64,000 nt of DNA, from sequence record NC_031039.1; one strand, 5' to 3'. The notes under the pieces were generated by a model that was given only the letters and a program-made list of their open reading frames with translations, made no database searches and was not told the DNA's origin. The stretch's first letter is position 1. Each line of letters begins with the position of its first letter. Made by a program: the position numbers and the translations under genes. Shown piece by piece: positions 43,014 to 52,724 of this stretch.

Positions 43014-46000
43014 TCAAGTGTTATTTTTATACCAAATTGTCTCACCAATAAGGCTTGAGTTGTTCTGAAGACCATCCATTATTTGAAGAGCTAATTCTGT
43101 CTTTCCAGTGGTAGTATTTCTAAGTTCTTCAATTCTAACTCGTATACCACTAGTAACAGTACCAATTTCTTCTAATGAATTTTTAAATTGGTCGATAACG
43201 CTTAAATCAGTAAAGTCTAAATAAGATAAGATGGATTTAATTGTATTTACATCATTTTCAATTTCATAATTTCTTTTTTGTAGATCAGTTACTTTTTCCC
43301 TTAATACATCTTTCATAATTTTAAGGTCATTGATTCTCTGTTCATTATTTTGCAGAGAGATATCAATTGCAACTGCTCTTTTTTCTGACAATGTTAGTAA
43401 TTCCTCTAATTCCTTAGTTTTACTAATTAGATATCCATCATCATAAATTGAAATATGTCCTGTATCACGATCAACTACCATCTCACCATCAATTGCCTTT
43501 ACTTTGTTTTGTTCAGTTAATGGTTCTAAGCTGATTCTTAGCGGTCCAATTGGTTCTGGTATCTTATCAATAATTGTAAATACTACATATGAAGTGGCTC
43601 TTAGACCATTAATCTTCTTAATTGCTGTTACTGATAATTGATAACTATTAGGATCATTTAACAGAGTACCTAATTTAAATGATCTACCGTTAAGTTTAGC
43701 TTCAAATTCATTATCTTCTTTATAAGATGGATTATCCTCATAAGAATCAATATCTGGTCTTGCTGATTCTTGAATAACTTCAGGTAATACACCGACAATT
43801 TTTGGAGGTTCAGGAGGAACTGAATCTAATGTAAATTTAACTATAGTTGTAGCAGTTAAACCATTAAGACGTTTTTTAGCAGTAACAACTAAAGTATAAT
43901 CTCTTATCTCAGCTACTTCATTATATATTGGGCTCCCAATTTCATATGGTTCTCCATTTAAGGTTGCAGTAAAATCGACACCATAAACATACTGGACAGT
44001 TGGTGAAACTGTTAAATATGTTGATACACCTTCTTTAAAGCCCATAACAACAGGTGGTTCTGGTGGTAATTTATCAATATTTGTTATTGCTTTAGTGTCT
44101 TCAACAAAATAACCATTAGGATCTTTGTATCTAGCATGAATAATACAGTTATCAGTTACATCAAACGGCTCACTATATGATTGCCATTCTTCAGCACTAT
44201 CAATTTTATATTCAAATTCTGAGCCATAATTTGGATACCTAATTGTAATAGTATCCTTAATACTCGGTATATACTCTGGGTCTGCTAATATTAATGGTTT
44301 TTGTTCTTCATCAGGATTAAATACGATAAAATTAACATCAGACATTGAAACCATAAAATTAGATTTCTTTCTCCGAACAACAAGTAAATTATAATCTCCT
44401 GAATCTATAATAGGTGTTCCCATAACATATGGAAGACCATTTAAATATGCATCCTCATTTTCATTACCATCAACATCGAGATCATTTGTTAACGAAAATG
44501 TAAGAGATATTTCAATTTTATTTTCAGGATAGTTTGGATCGGTAGCTGTTACAACTAATCTATATGCGCCCTTGTCTCTAATTGTATCTTCACGTTTAAA
44601 AGAACTTAGAAGGGTTCCATTTAAATATAATTTATGCTCATACTTTAACCCTGCAAAAATATCCCAAGTAGGTTGAACTGCCACATCTTTTCCTCTAAAG
44701 ACTTGTCCTTCTTCAATAATAGAACCTGTTAATTTATTCTTGATAATAAGCTCTTTTCCAGTTATATCAATAGATCCCGGCATTAATTTAAAGTTTCTAA
44801 CTACCATTTTATAATTTGTCGGAAAGTTATGATCTGAAATTTTAACTTCTACTACATAATCTCCGTATTCAGTTAGAATATCTTCGTCATCTGTTGGATC
44901 ATATGACCGTCTAGTACCATTATAAGTAATCCATGACTCATAATCTAGATTAGATGGAAGTTGTCCTGTATACCAAAATGGTTTAACTTGAATCCCTTTA
45001 TAGACATCGTTATTTTGAATAGGTATATCTGTAATAGCGTTAACAATTACAAGAGCAATTTCATTCATATCAACTTTTTTATCAACAATTGAGAAGTGTC
45101 TCACTACAGTTGTAGTGTTGGTAGGATTATCTATCTCTGTGATAATCAATTCTAACTCATAGTCACCCTTATTTGATAACACTGTGAGATCTTTCATAAA
45201 ATCAAAATCTTCTCCATCATATCGCAATGTATAATCTACATCACAATCTTCTGGCTCATCCCAAGTTGGTAATACTAATTCATCTTCGAAGATTCGTCCT
45301 TCATTGATTTCAGTCTCATCAAAATCATTATAAATTTCAATATCAAGATTAGTGTTAATTGGAGCTATAATAAAATTACGAATAAAAGTCTTATTCTCTC
45401 CAGCACCATTTTCTAAGACAACAGTAATAGAATAATTACCATAATCTGTATAAACATCATTATTTGGTGTAAAAGGAACTGTAGATTCATCTCGCTCTAA
45501 TGTATAACTTATTATAGTACAATCCGCTGGAATTGGTTGCCAATATGGTTTAACTTCTTGATCTTTAAATATTTTTCCTTCAGAAATGATAGTGTTTGGT
45601 GCTTGAGGAAGATTTACATCAATAAATTCCATTTCATAAGTATCAAGATCAGTTATCTTTTCTATAATCTCGAAATTTACACTAATTTCCTTTTTATTAT
45701 CTGGGTAATTCTTATCAGTCAGATTAAATTTAATTGTATATTGACCGATATTAGTTAATGTATCACCCTTTTTATATGAAATTAAACTATTATTATACGT
45801 AACAGTTATTCCATATGTTATATTAGAATCTTCTTTCCAAGTTGGTTGAACTTTAGCCTCAAATTGAGATCCTTCACTAATAGGTTTAGTAGTAATTGCA
45901 TCTCTGAGATCTAAGACAAGATCATTCCAGTCTTCAGGGGCGGCAGTAACTTCAAAGTTTATAATACCTGTAGCTTGGTTGTCTGGATAATTCTTATCAG

Positions 46001-47330
46001 TAATAAGATAGCTAACTTGATAAAGACCGGCTTGACTATAGGTATTAGATTTAACTAAAGATCCCTTGGGAGTACTATTAACATTGTAGTTAACAGTAAT
46101 ATTTGTACCATCTATTTCTTCCCAATAAGGTTGAAATTTACCAACAAATTTAGAGCCTTCAACTATTTGAGAGGATGTTAATAAATCCTTCAGAGTAAAG
46201 CTAATATTATCTAAATCTTTTTTAGGAGGAAGTACATAGAATGTAAATTCATTCGAATCTCTAGTATTAGTCGGATAAGCTTTATCTTTTGCTGTAATAA
46301 TAGCTGAATATTTACCATTTTCAGATAAAGATTGAAGCCTACTGTAAGGTATTTCAATTCCATCTTTTTTTAATTTAATAGTATAAGCAATAGAACTATC
46401 ATCTGCATTCCAATCTAACTTAACTGAATTTGAAAATCTATTTTCAGTTGTAATATTAATATTAGTATTTTTATCAATAAGTGTAAATTTTATACCACTT
46501 AAATCTTTAGGAGATGAACCTTCAAAAGCAAGAACATAAACTCCATCTGTATCTTGGTGGGAGATAGTAGAGTTGGAGTCCAAGTTAAGTGCTGGTGCAA
46601 CACCAATTGTATCGTTATCTGCAACAGACTGAGCAAATGCGCCATTTATGTTAATACGATACACAATATGACCAAAATCAGGATAAGCAGAACGTAACCA
46701 GTAATAATAGTTTGAACTAGAATTTAATGATGAATGCTGATATTTACTTTGTGTAACGGCTTCATCAGTTGGTTTAAGAATACGATTAGATGAAGAATTT
46801 AAATATGGAATTGTTGTTCCTTCTTTTCCACTTGAGCCTGCTAATCCCATTTCTGTCATACTAAATAGGAATACATTATCTTGAACAGTCTCTACTCCAC
46901 CACCGTCAACTGATGGAACAATTGTTTTCAAATCAGTCTTTAAAATTCTATTTGCAAAATCACTACTAAAATTAGTTAAGAATCCATCTTCTGTATCATA
47001 GCTATTTCCATTAGAACCAGAAGAAGGAGGTGTATCAGAAGAATTAGTTGCTGTAAACCAAGGTGATGGTTTTGTTGAATTCAACCATTGACGCATATTG
47101 GAATAAAGCCATCTGTTGTTTCCTGATGTTTGCCTATTTGTATTACTATTACTAGGTTCCTTAGCATCAAATGTCTTAATAGAGATGATATTATTAGTCA
47201 TCAAAGTAGCACTATTTGCTGGATAACCTGCTAAATCTTTACCAACCAATTTCCAAACAATTGGTTTTCCATTATATTTAGTATTAGGATCCTTTACTAA
47301 GGATCCTAACGGTAAGTCTTTAATTATCAT
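43014..47330 (-). CDS. Large fibre / receptor-binding protein: DUF6273-like lectin domain, Ig-like repeats, C-terminal coiled coil
   Basis: NNRWLYSNMRQWLNS...WLRSAY...GVAPALNL; ~95-aa repeats with W..P and GxY motifs. Confidence 0.75.
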   Translation of the reverse strand: MIIKDLPLGSLVKDPNTKYNGKPIVWKLVGKDLAGYPANSATLMTNNIISIKTFDAKEPSNSNTNRQTSGNNRWLYSNMRQWLNSTKPSPWFTATNSSDTPPSSGSNGNSYDTEDGFLTNFSSDFANRILKTDLKTIVPSVDGGGVETVQDNVFLFSMTEMGLAGSSGKEGTTIPYLNSSSNRILKPTDEAVTQSKYQHSSLNSSSNYYYWLRSAYPDFGHIVYRININGAFAQSVADNDTIGVAPALNLDSNSTISHQDTDGVYVLAFEGSSPKDLSGIKFTLIDKNTNINITTENRFSNSVKLDWNADDSSIAYTIKLKKDGIEIPYSRLQSLSENGKYSAIITAKDKAYPTNTRDSNEFTFYVLPPKKDLDNISFTLKDLLTSSQIVEGSKFVGKFQPYWEEIDGTNITVNYNVNSTPKGSLVKSNTYSQAGLYQVSYLITDKNYPDNQATGIINFEVTAAPEDWNDLVLDLRDAITTKPISEGSQFEAKVQPTWKEDSNITYGITVTYNNSLISYKKGDTLTNIGQYTIKFNLTDKNYPDNKKEISVNFEIIEKITDLDTYEMEFIDVNLPQAPNTIISEGKIFKDQEVKPYWQPIPADCTIISYTLERDESTVPFTPNNDVYTDYGNYSITVVLENGAGENKTFIRNFIIAPINTNLDIEIYNDFDETEINEGRIFEDELVLPTWDEPEDCDVDYTLRYDGEDFDFMKDLTVLSNKGDYELELIITEIDNPTNTTTVVRHFSIVDKKVDMNEIALVIVNAITDIPIQNNDVYKGIQVKPFWYTGQLPSNLDYESWITYNGTRRSYDPTDDEDILTEYGDYVVEVKISDHNFPTNYKMVVRNFKLMPGSIDITGKELIIKNKLTGSIIEEGQVFRGKDVAVQPTWDIFAGLKYEHKLYLNGTLLSSFKREDTIRDKGAYRLVVTATDPNYPENKIEISLTFSLTNDLDVDGNENEDAYLNGLPYVMGTPIIDSGDYNLLVVRRKKSNFMVSMSDVNFIVFNPDEEQKPLILADPEYIPSIKDTITIRYPNYGSEFEYKIDSAEEWQSYSEPFDVTDNCIIHARYKDPNGYFVEDTKAITNIDKLPPEPPVVMGFKEGVSTYLTVSPTVQYVYGVDFTATLNGEPYEIGSPIYNEVAEIRDYTLVVTAKKRLNGLTATTIVKFTLDSVPPEPPKIVGVLPEVIQESARPDIDSYEDNPSYKEDNEFEAKLNGRSFKLGTLLNDPNSYQLSVTAIKKINGLRATSYVVFTIIDKIPEPIGPLRISLEPLTEQNKVKAIDGEMVVDRDTGHISIYDDGYLISKTKELEELLTLSEKRAVAIDISLQNNEQRINDLKIMKDVLREKVTDLQKRNYEIENDVNTIKSILSYLDFTDLSVIDQFKNSLEEIGTVTSGIRVRIEELRNTTTGKTELALQIMDGLQNNSSLIGETIWYKNNT

Positions 47331-47348
47331 AATTTCACTCCCTTATTA

Positions 47349-49148
47349 TTAACCTTCAATAGTTGGGATAACTGTTGATTTAGCATCTCCTTCAGATACT
47401 CCTCCAATAACTGGAGTGTCAGGTGGTGTAGTATCAATAATATCAACTATTTTGGATGTAATATAGCTTTCATAGTCATCATCACCATCTAGACTTCGTA
47501 CATAGATTATACAATTTTTATAGATTTTAACTGGATCTCTATACCAACGCCAATCACCATCATCAATCCGATATTGAAATTTCATTGTAGGATCTTTCGG
47601 GAAATTAACAGTGGCTATAGTTCTATAGCATAATTCATTTGGATCCAAAGTGATCGTATATCTATATTTTATTTTCTTATAGAATTCTACAGTCGTATAT
47701 TCTGAATATAGACCATTTGAAAGTTTATGTGCTTTAGATTCAATACGATATATGCCCTTTTTAGAGTATGTTTGTTCCTCTGGTATTTGCACCCATTGAG
47801 TATCATTTAAATCTTTTTTATAATAAACTTTTGTTACTGGTACACAACCAGATTGTACAATTATTCTTGGTGAAACAGGGTTAGGGAATCTACCTATGAG
47901 TCCGTAATCTTTACCTTGATAATCTTTATCAATTCTAATAATTGGTGGATCAGGTGGATCATTGTCAATGGTAAATACACCTTTTTTAGTAAGTGTTTTA
48001 TGGTTAGTATTTTTTCTAATTGTAACAACAATTGTATAAGTACCATTTTCTACTAATGGAGTGCCTAGAGTATATGCTTTACCATTAATCTTTGCTTCAT
48101 ATAACGTACAACCACTAGGAACATTAATAGTTGGATAACACGCCGCTAAATATACTTTGTTGTATTCATCATATATCCTTGATGTAACAGCTTTGTCAAA
48201 GATCTTAAAATCAGGAGCAGGTGTTGGATCTTCATATATAATTCTTGAAGTTGCAAAATCCATTAATGATGGTGTATCTTTATTAGTACATCTTACTGCA
48301 ACTTCATAAGTGCCATACTTATTAATTTTATAATAATTAGTAAAAGTAAAGTTACTAGTATTACCATCAATATCAGTGTATCTTTGAGCAGTTATATCAT
48401 ATTTAAATTTAGATGTATCTTCTTTCCAAAAAACAGTAATAGGTTTGTAAACTGTATAAGTTTCTGGTGTATTCGGAATTAAGATATTCTTATTAGATCT
48501 CTTGTCATACAGATCAATATTAGGTTTTGTTTTATCTGCAATAGATCTAATACCTGTAATATTTACTGTTGCAGATCTAGAGATTTTGTCTGGTGTTTTT
48601 AATTTTACTTTAAATTTAATTGGTCTTCTATAAGTATTATGAACAGCTAGATACCAAGAACCTTTATACCAGCCACTCCAATCTCCATTACTAGTACTAT
48701 TAGCCCACTGATATGTTCCAGGAATAGAAACCCATTTCTTTGGTGTCCATTTTTTAGATAAGTCAGTAGCATCAAATAATTGTGCATTAGTTTGAGACTT
48801 AGGAGCCGCTTTAGATCCTTTTGATATTTTGGTATAAGGTCTTGTACCATAGTTCATGACACCATCATACTTATTCCCATACCAATACCATGCCGGATTA
48901 ATCCATTGCTCTTTGTAGTCATATTTTACTGTAGTTAGAGTCACTTTCATATTTTTCTTAATTGTAACATAACTACTTCCAATAGAGGTTCTTTTTCCTC
49001 CTGCAAGTGTATAGTATTTTTCATTTCCCTTTGGAACTACACATTGAACTTTTATATCTCCATTGGAAAGAACTTGTTTTACAATTAAATAGAAACCGGA
49101 TTTAGAACCCTTAATTCTATCTCCAACTTTATAACTAGTTGTAGCCAT
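47349..49148 (-). CDS. Fibre protein with Ig-like repeats
   Basis: NGKAYTLGTP, DNDPPDPP, FQYRIDDGDWRWY repeats shared with 43014-47330. Confidence 0.7.
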   Translation of the reverse strand: MATTSYKVGDRIKGSKSGFYLIVKQVLSNGDIKVQCVVPKGNEKYYTLAGGKRTSIGSSYVTIKKNMKVTLTTVKYDYKEQWINPAWYWYGNKYDGVMNYGTRPYTKISKGSKAAPKSQTNAQLFDATDLSKKWTPKKWVSIPGTYQWANSTSNGDWSGWYKGSWYLAVHNTYRRPIKFKVKLKTPDKISRSATVNITGIRSIADKTKPNIDLYDKRSNKNILIPNTPETYTVYKPITVFWKEDTSKFKYDITAQRYTDIDGNTSNFTFTNYYKINKYGTYEVAVRCTNKDTPSLMDFATSRIIYEDPTPAPDFKIFDKAVTSRIYDEYNKVYLAACYPTINVPSGCTLYEAKINGKAYTLGTPLVENGTYTIVVTIRKNTNHKTLTKKGVFTIDNDPPDPPIIRIDKDYQGKDYGLIGRFPNPVSPRIIVQSGCVPVTKVYYKKDLNDTQWVQIPEEQTYSKKGIYRIESKAHKLSNGLYSEYTTVEFYKKIKYRYTITLDPNELCYRTIATVNFPKDPTMKFQYRIDDGDWRWYRDPVKIYKNCIIYVRSLDGDDDYESYITSKIVDIIDTTPPDTPVIGGVSEGDAKSTVIPTIEG

Positions 49149-49159
49149 TTATTTACCTC

Positions 49160-49759
49160 CTAACCTATAACTATTACTTTGTATTGATTTGGTGATGGCA
49201 CAGATAAGAAATTTATTCTTATTGTGTTTGCATCCTCAATAGAAACATTAGTCATAACTAAATCTTTTGTTTCTTCATCCCATACACTTACATTAATGTC
49301 ATCAGTTCCCAAATTATGTCTTATAACAAAGCTATGGTTACTACTATTACCAATTAGTTCTGAATATTTTAAGACTCCAATTAAGCTACCATCTTCACTT
49401 TCTCTTATATCATTTAGCTTTCTACGAACATCCCCATCTAAATCACTTTCGGGAATCCCATTAATAGGTTTAGAATATTTAGAATCCCAATCTAATACTT
49501 TAATATCGTTTAAGTGACGTTTACTATCTTCTACATGATTTTTTACATATTCAATGTTTGCCTTACTCTGAATATCTTTTATTAAATTAGTTAATTGAGA
49601 CAACTCTATTCCTGAAGAATTTATGACAGAAAGGAGGTTAAATAACTGTTCCATATTCTTTTCCATATATGACAATCTATTATTTAATTCTTTATAAATG
49701 TAACCATTCTGTACATCATTTGATTCTATCCGCATCTCGTTAGGCATAATAACTCTCAC
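49160..49759 (-). CDS. Short fibre protein (coiled coil, one His repeat, HNLG C-terminal domain)
   Basis: HVEDSKRH...WDSKYSKPINGIPESDL; HNLGTDDINVSVW. Confidence 0.7.
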   Translation of the reverse strand: MRVIMPNEMRIESNDVQNGYIYKELNNRLSYMEKNMEQLFNLLSVINSSGIELSQLTNLIKDIQSKANIEYVKNHVEDSKRHLNDIKVLDWDSKYSKPINGIPESDLDGDVRRKLNDIRESEDGSLIGVLKYSELIGNSSNHSFVIRHNLGTDDINVSVWDEETKDLVMTNVSIEDANTIRINFLSVPSPNQYKVIVIG

Positions 49760-49780
49760 CTTCTTTAATAATTTTCTACT

Positions 49781-49792
49781 TATCTATATGTT
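49781..49792 (-). promoter_or_regulatory. Late promoter AACA-N6-TA
   Basis: AACA-TATAGA-TA. Confidence 0.6.
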
Positions 49793-49819
49793 CTTTTCAT
49801 CTTAAGAACTAGAAATAAT

Positions 49820-49862
49820 AATGTAAATGAAGATAGACAAATAGCCTATCTTCATTTACATT
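49820..49862. terminator. Terminator hairpin
   Basis: AATGTAAATGAAGATAG / CTATCTTCATTTACATT. Confidence 0.7.
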
Positions 49863-49869
49863 TATTTTA

Positions 49870-52701
49870 TTAGCGGATCACTACTTTACCAATAAAGGCA
49901 GTAGGAAATTGTACTTCAATATCTTTTGTTGTATCATTGACACGAACAAGAGATGGTTGAACAGTTTCCCAGAATTCTGCATTTTGTGTATAAGCCACAA
50001 CAGAATATTCAAATGGCTCTTTAGTGATTCCATGCTCAGTAGCAAGAATTGAAACAGTAGTAGCTTCTTCAGTTACCGTTTTAGTGTAAGGCATAGAAAC
50101 ACTATTAAGTTTGTTTTGCAATTCCACTACTAGATCAGTTGCTGGAATACCTTCATCTGGTTTAGCATACTTAGCAGACCACTCAGTTTTTTGTTCATCA
50201 GTTACGTGAACAGTTTCATCAGCGATATGATTTGCACTATTAGTAAGAGCTGTAGATACAGATGCTTCAAGGTCAGTAACAGGAATACCTTCATCTGGTT
50301 TAGCATACTTAGCAGACCACTCAGTTTTTTGTGCCGCTGTTACATGGATAGTACCATCAGAAACATGGTCAGCAAAGCCATCTACAGTTGTAACAAAACC
50401 ACTTTCGAGGTCAGTTGCTGGAATACCTTCAGCTGGTTTATCATATTTGGCATTCCATTTAGAGCGTTCAGCATCTGTAATGTGAACAGTAGTATCACCA
50501 GTATGATTAGAAAGATCAGCAACAGAAGCCGCACCATCAATCTTACCTTTAAGAGCATCGGACAGATCAGTTTCTGGAATACCAGTATTAGGTTTAGCAT
50601 ACTTAGCGTTCCAGCTAGCTCTTTCTGAAGCAGTTACGTGTTTAACTGTATCAGTAGCATGAGCATTAAAGTCTGTGTTTGATACCATGCCATTTACTTT
50701 AGAAATAAATGACTGTGCCATATCAGACTCAGGAATACCAGTTGATGGTTTAGCATACTTGCCATTCCAGATAGTACGCTCTTCAGCAGTAATGTGAACA
50801 GTAGTATTATCTACATGGGTAGTTAGATCTGCCGCAGAAGCTGAACCATTGATTTTAGCCTCAAGTCCTGCTTCCAAATCTGCCGCCGGAATACCTTCTT
50901 CTGGTTTAGCATACTTGCCATTCCAAGCAATTCTTTCATCAGCAGTGATGTGTTTAACAGCATCAGTAGCATGTGCATTTAGATTTGCCTGTGTTGCCAT
51001 TCCAGCTACTTTATCACGGAAAGCAAGGGTAAGATCAGTTTCAGGGATACCATCAGTTGGTTTGACATATTTGGCATTCCAGTTACTACGCTCAACAGTT
51101 GTAATATGTTTAACAGTATCATTGGCATGAGCCGCAAGATCAGCAGAAGTAGCCGCACTATTAATTTTAGTTTTGAGATCTTTTTCAAGATCTTCTTCAG
51201 GAATTCCTGTTAATGGTTTATCATACTTAGCATTCCATTTATCACGTTCTGATTGAGCTAAGTGACGTACACTATCAGTTTCGTGTTCTAAGAAATCTGC
51301 ATTAGTAACCATTCCATTAATCTTTGTCTGTAAGCCAGAAGCAAGATCAGTTTCAGGGATACCAGTTGATGGTTTGTCATATTTAACGTTCCATTTAGAA
51401 CGTTCTGTTTCTGTAATATGGATTGTACCATCAGCCTTGTGGTTATTCCAATTTTCACGTTCTTTTTCACTAATATGGACAGTAGTATTTGAAGCATGAT
51501 CAGTAAGTTCTTTCTTAGTAGCCGCACTACCAATTTTACTCTGTACACTAGAATCCAAATCAGCCATTGGAACACCAGTTGATGGTTTTACATATTTTCC
51601 ATTCCAAGAAAGACGTTCAGCATTAGTAATGTGAGCAACTGAATCATTTTTGTGATCGGTTAGAGCTGTAGCTGTAGCCGCACCATTAATTTTATCTTGG
51701 ACAGGTAATTCTAAATCTTTCATTGGAACGCCGTTAGCAGGTTTATCATACTTAGCATTCCATTTATCACGTTCTTCGCCTGTGATATGTTTAATAACAT
51801 CGTCTTCATGATCTTGAAGATCAACTGCTTTAGCCGCACTATTGATACTATTTTGAACAATTTCAGAGAAATCAGTCATTGGAATACCAGTAGCAGGTTT
51901 ATCATACTTAGCATTCCATTTAGCACGCTCAGTAGATGATGTATGAATATCAAGATTATTAGTATGATTAGAAAGATCGGAATTTAAAGCAGATGCTTTA
52001 ATACGATCAGAAACAACTGGATCTAGATCTTTCATTGGAATACCAGTAGCAGGTTTATCATACTTATTATTCCATGCTCCACGTTCAGTTCCAGTAATGT
52101 GTCGAACTGAATCATTGAAGTGAGGATCAAACTCAGTATGACGAACAATATCTTTATCAATGAATTCAGAATAAATTTTTTTATCTGCATTGAAAAGATC
52201 AGACTTTGCAATTTTTGCAGATAATAGACTATCTACTTCTGATTTAATATAAAAACGAGAAGTATCTAGTGTTAATTTATTAAGATCTTCAATGTTTTCC
52301 AATTTAATTTTACCAGTAAAGTGTCCATCTTCAGTAATAAGAGCCTTAATAACACCTTGAGAAACAAAAGCAGCAATATTACCAGTGCTTGTATTTTCCA
52401 ATACAGTACTACCAATATTTTTAAGCATAGAGTCAGTGTTTCTAGCATGCTTTTTCTCAATAGCATCTTTAAGTTCGTCATTCATAGTGACTCCAACACT
52501 GGATTCATAAATTGGGCGTCCTGTTTCTGTGTAGCCAATAGGGTCAGTATTAGCATTACCAGAAGAATAGTTAGTACCATTCAAGGTAATTTTGGAGACA
52601 GAACTAAAGCGATTATCAGCCATTAATTGGTCAATAATTGTCTTACTCAAGCTATTTGAGCTTAATGTGTTTGTATAGAAAGAACTCAAATCATAAGCCA
52701 T
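49870..52701 (-). CDS. Long tail fibre with tandem ~52-aa His-containing repeats
   Basis: 14 units of H-x6-H-x-T-x2-ER-x2-WN-x-KY-x-KP-x2-GIP-x2-DL. Confidence 0.8.
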   Translation of the reverse strand: MAYDLSSFYTNTLSSNSLSKTIIDQLMADNRFSSVSKITLNGTNYSSGNANTDPIGYTETGRPIYESSVGVTMNDELKDAIEKKHARNTDSMLKNIGSTVLENTSTGNIAAFVSQGVIKALITEDGHFTGKIKLENIEDLNKLTLDTSRFYIKSEVDSLLSAKIAKSDLFNADKKIYSEFIDKDIVRHTEFDPHFNDSVRHITGTERGAWNNKYDKPATGIPMKDLDPVVSDRIKASALNSDLSNHTNNLDIHTSSTERAKWNAKYDKPATGIPMTDFSEIVQNSINSAAKAVDLQDHEDDVIKHITGEERDKWNAKYDKPANGVPMKDLELPVQDKINGAATATALTDHKNDSVAHITNAERLSWNGKYVKPSTGVPMADLDSSVQSKIGSAATKKELTDHASNTTVHISEKERENWNNHKADGTIHITETERSKWNVKYDKPSTGIPETDLASGLQTKINGMVTNADFLEHETDSVRHLAQSERDKWNAKYDKPLTGIPEEDLEKDLKTKINSAATSADLAAHANDTVKHITTVERSNWNAKYVKPTDGIPETDLTLAFRDKVAGMATQANLNAHATDAVKHITADERIAWNGKYAKPEEGIPAADLEAGLEAKINGSASAADLTTHVDNTTVHITAEERTIWNGKYAKPSTGIPESDMAQSFISKVNGMVSNTDFNAHATDTVKHVTASERASWNAKYAKPNTGIPETDLSDALKGKIDGAASVADLSNHTGDTTVHITDAERSKWNAKYDKPAEGIPATDLESGFVTTVDGFADHVSDGTIHVTAAQKTEWSAKYAKPDEGIPVTDLEASVSTALTNSANHIADETVHVTDEQKTEWSAKYAKPDEGIPATDLVVELQNKLNSVSMPYTKTVTEEATTVSILATEHGITKEPFEYSVVAYTQNAEFWETVQPSLVRVNDTTKDIEVQFPTAFIGKVVIR
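50100..52130 (-). repeat. Coding tandem repeat array, ~156-bp period
   Basis: Recurrent ttagcatactt/ttatcatactt...ggaatacc units; 51-bp exact pair at 50144-50194 and 50282-50332. Confidence 0.85.
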
Positions 52702-52724
52702 TAGAGTCTACACATCCTTTTCTG

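Noticed and set aside
46570-46710. Diversity-generating retroelement variable repeat
   Set aside because: No second copy and no reverse transcriptase in the window
50100-52130. CRISPR array or non-coding repeat
   Set aside because: Repeats are in-frame, degenerate at third positions and lie inside a 943-aa ORF; no cas genes
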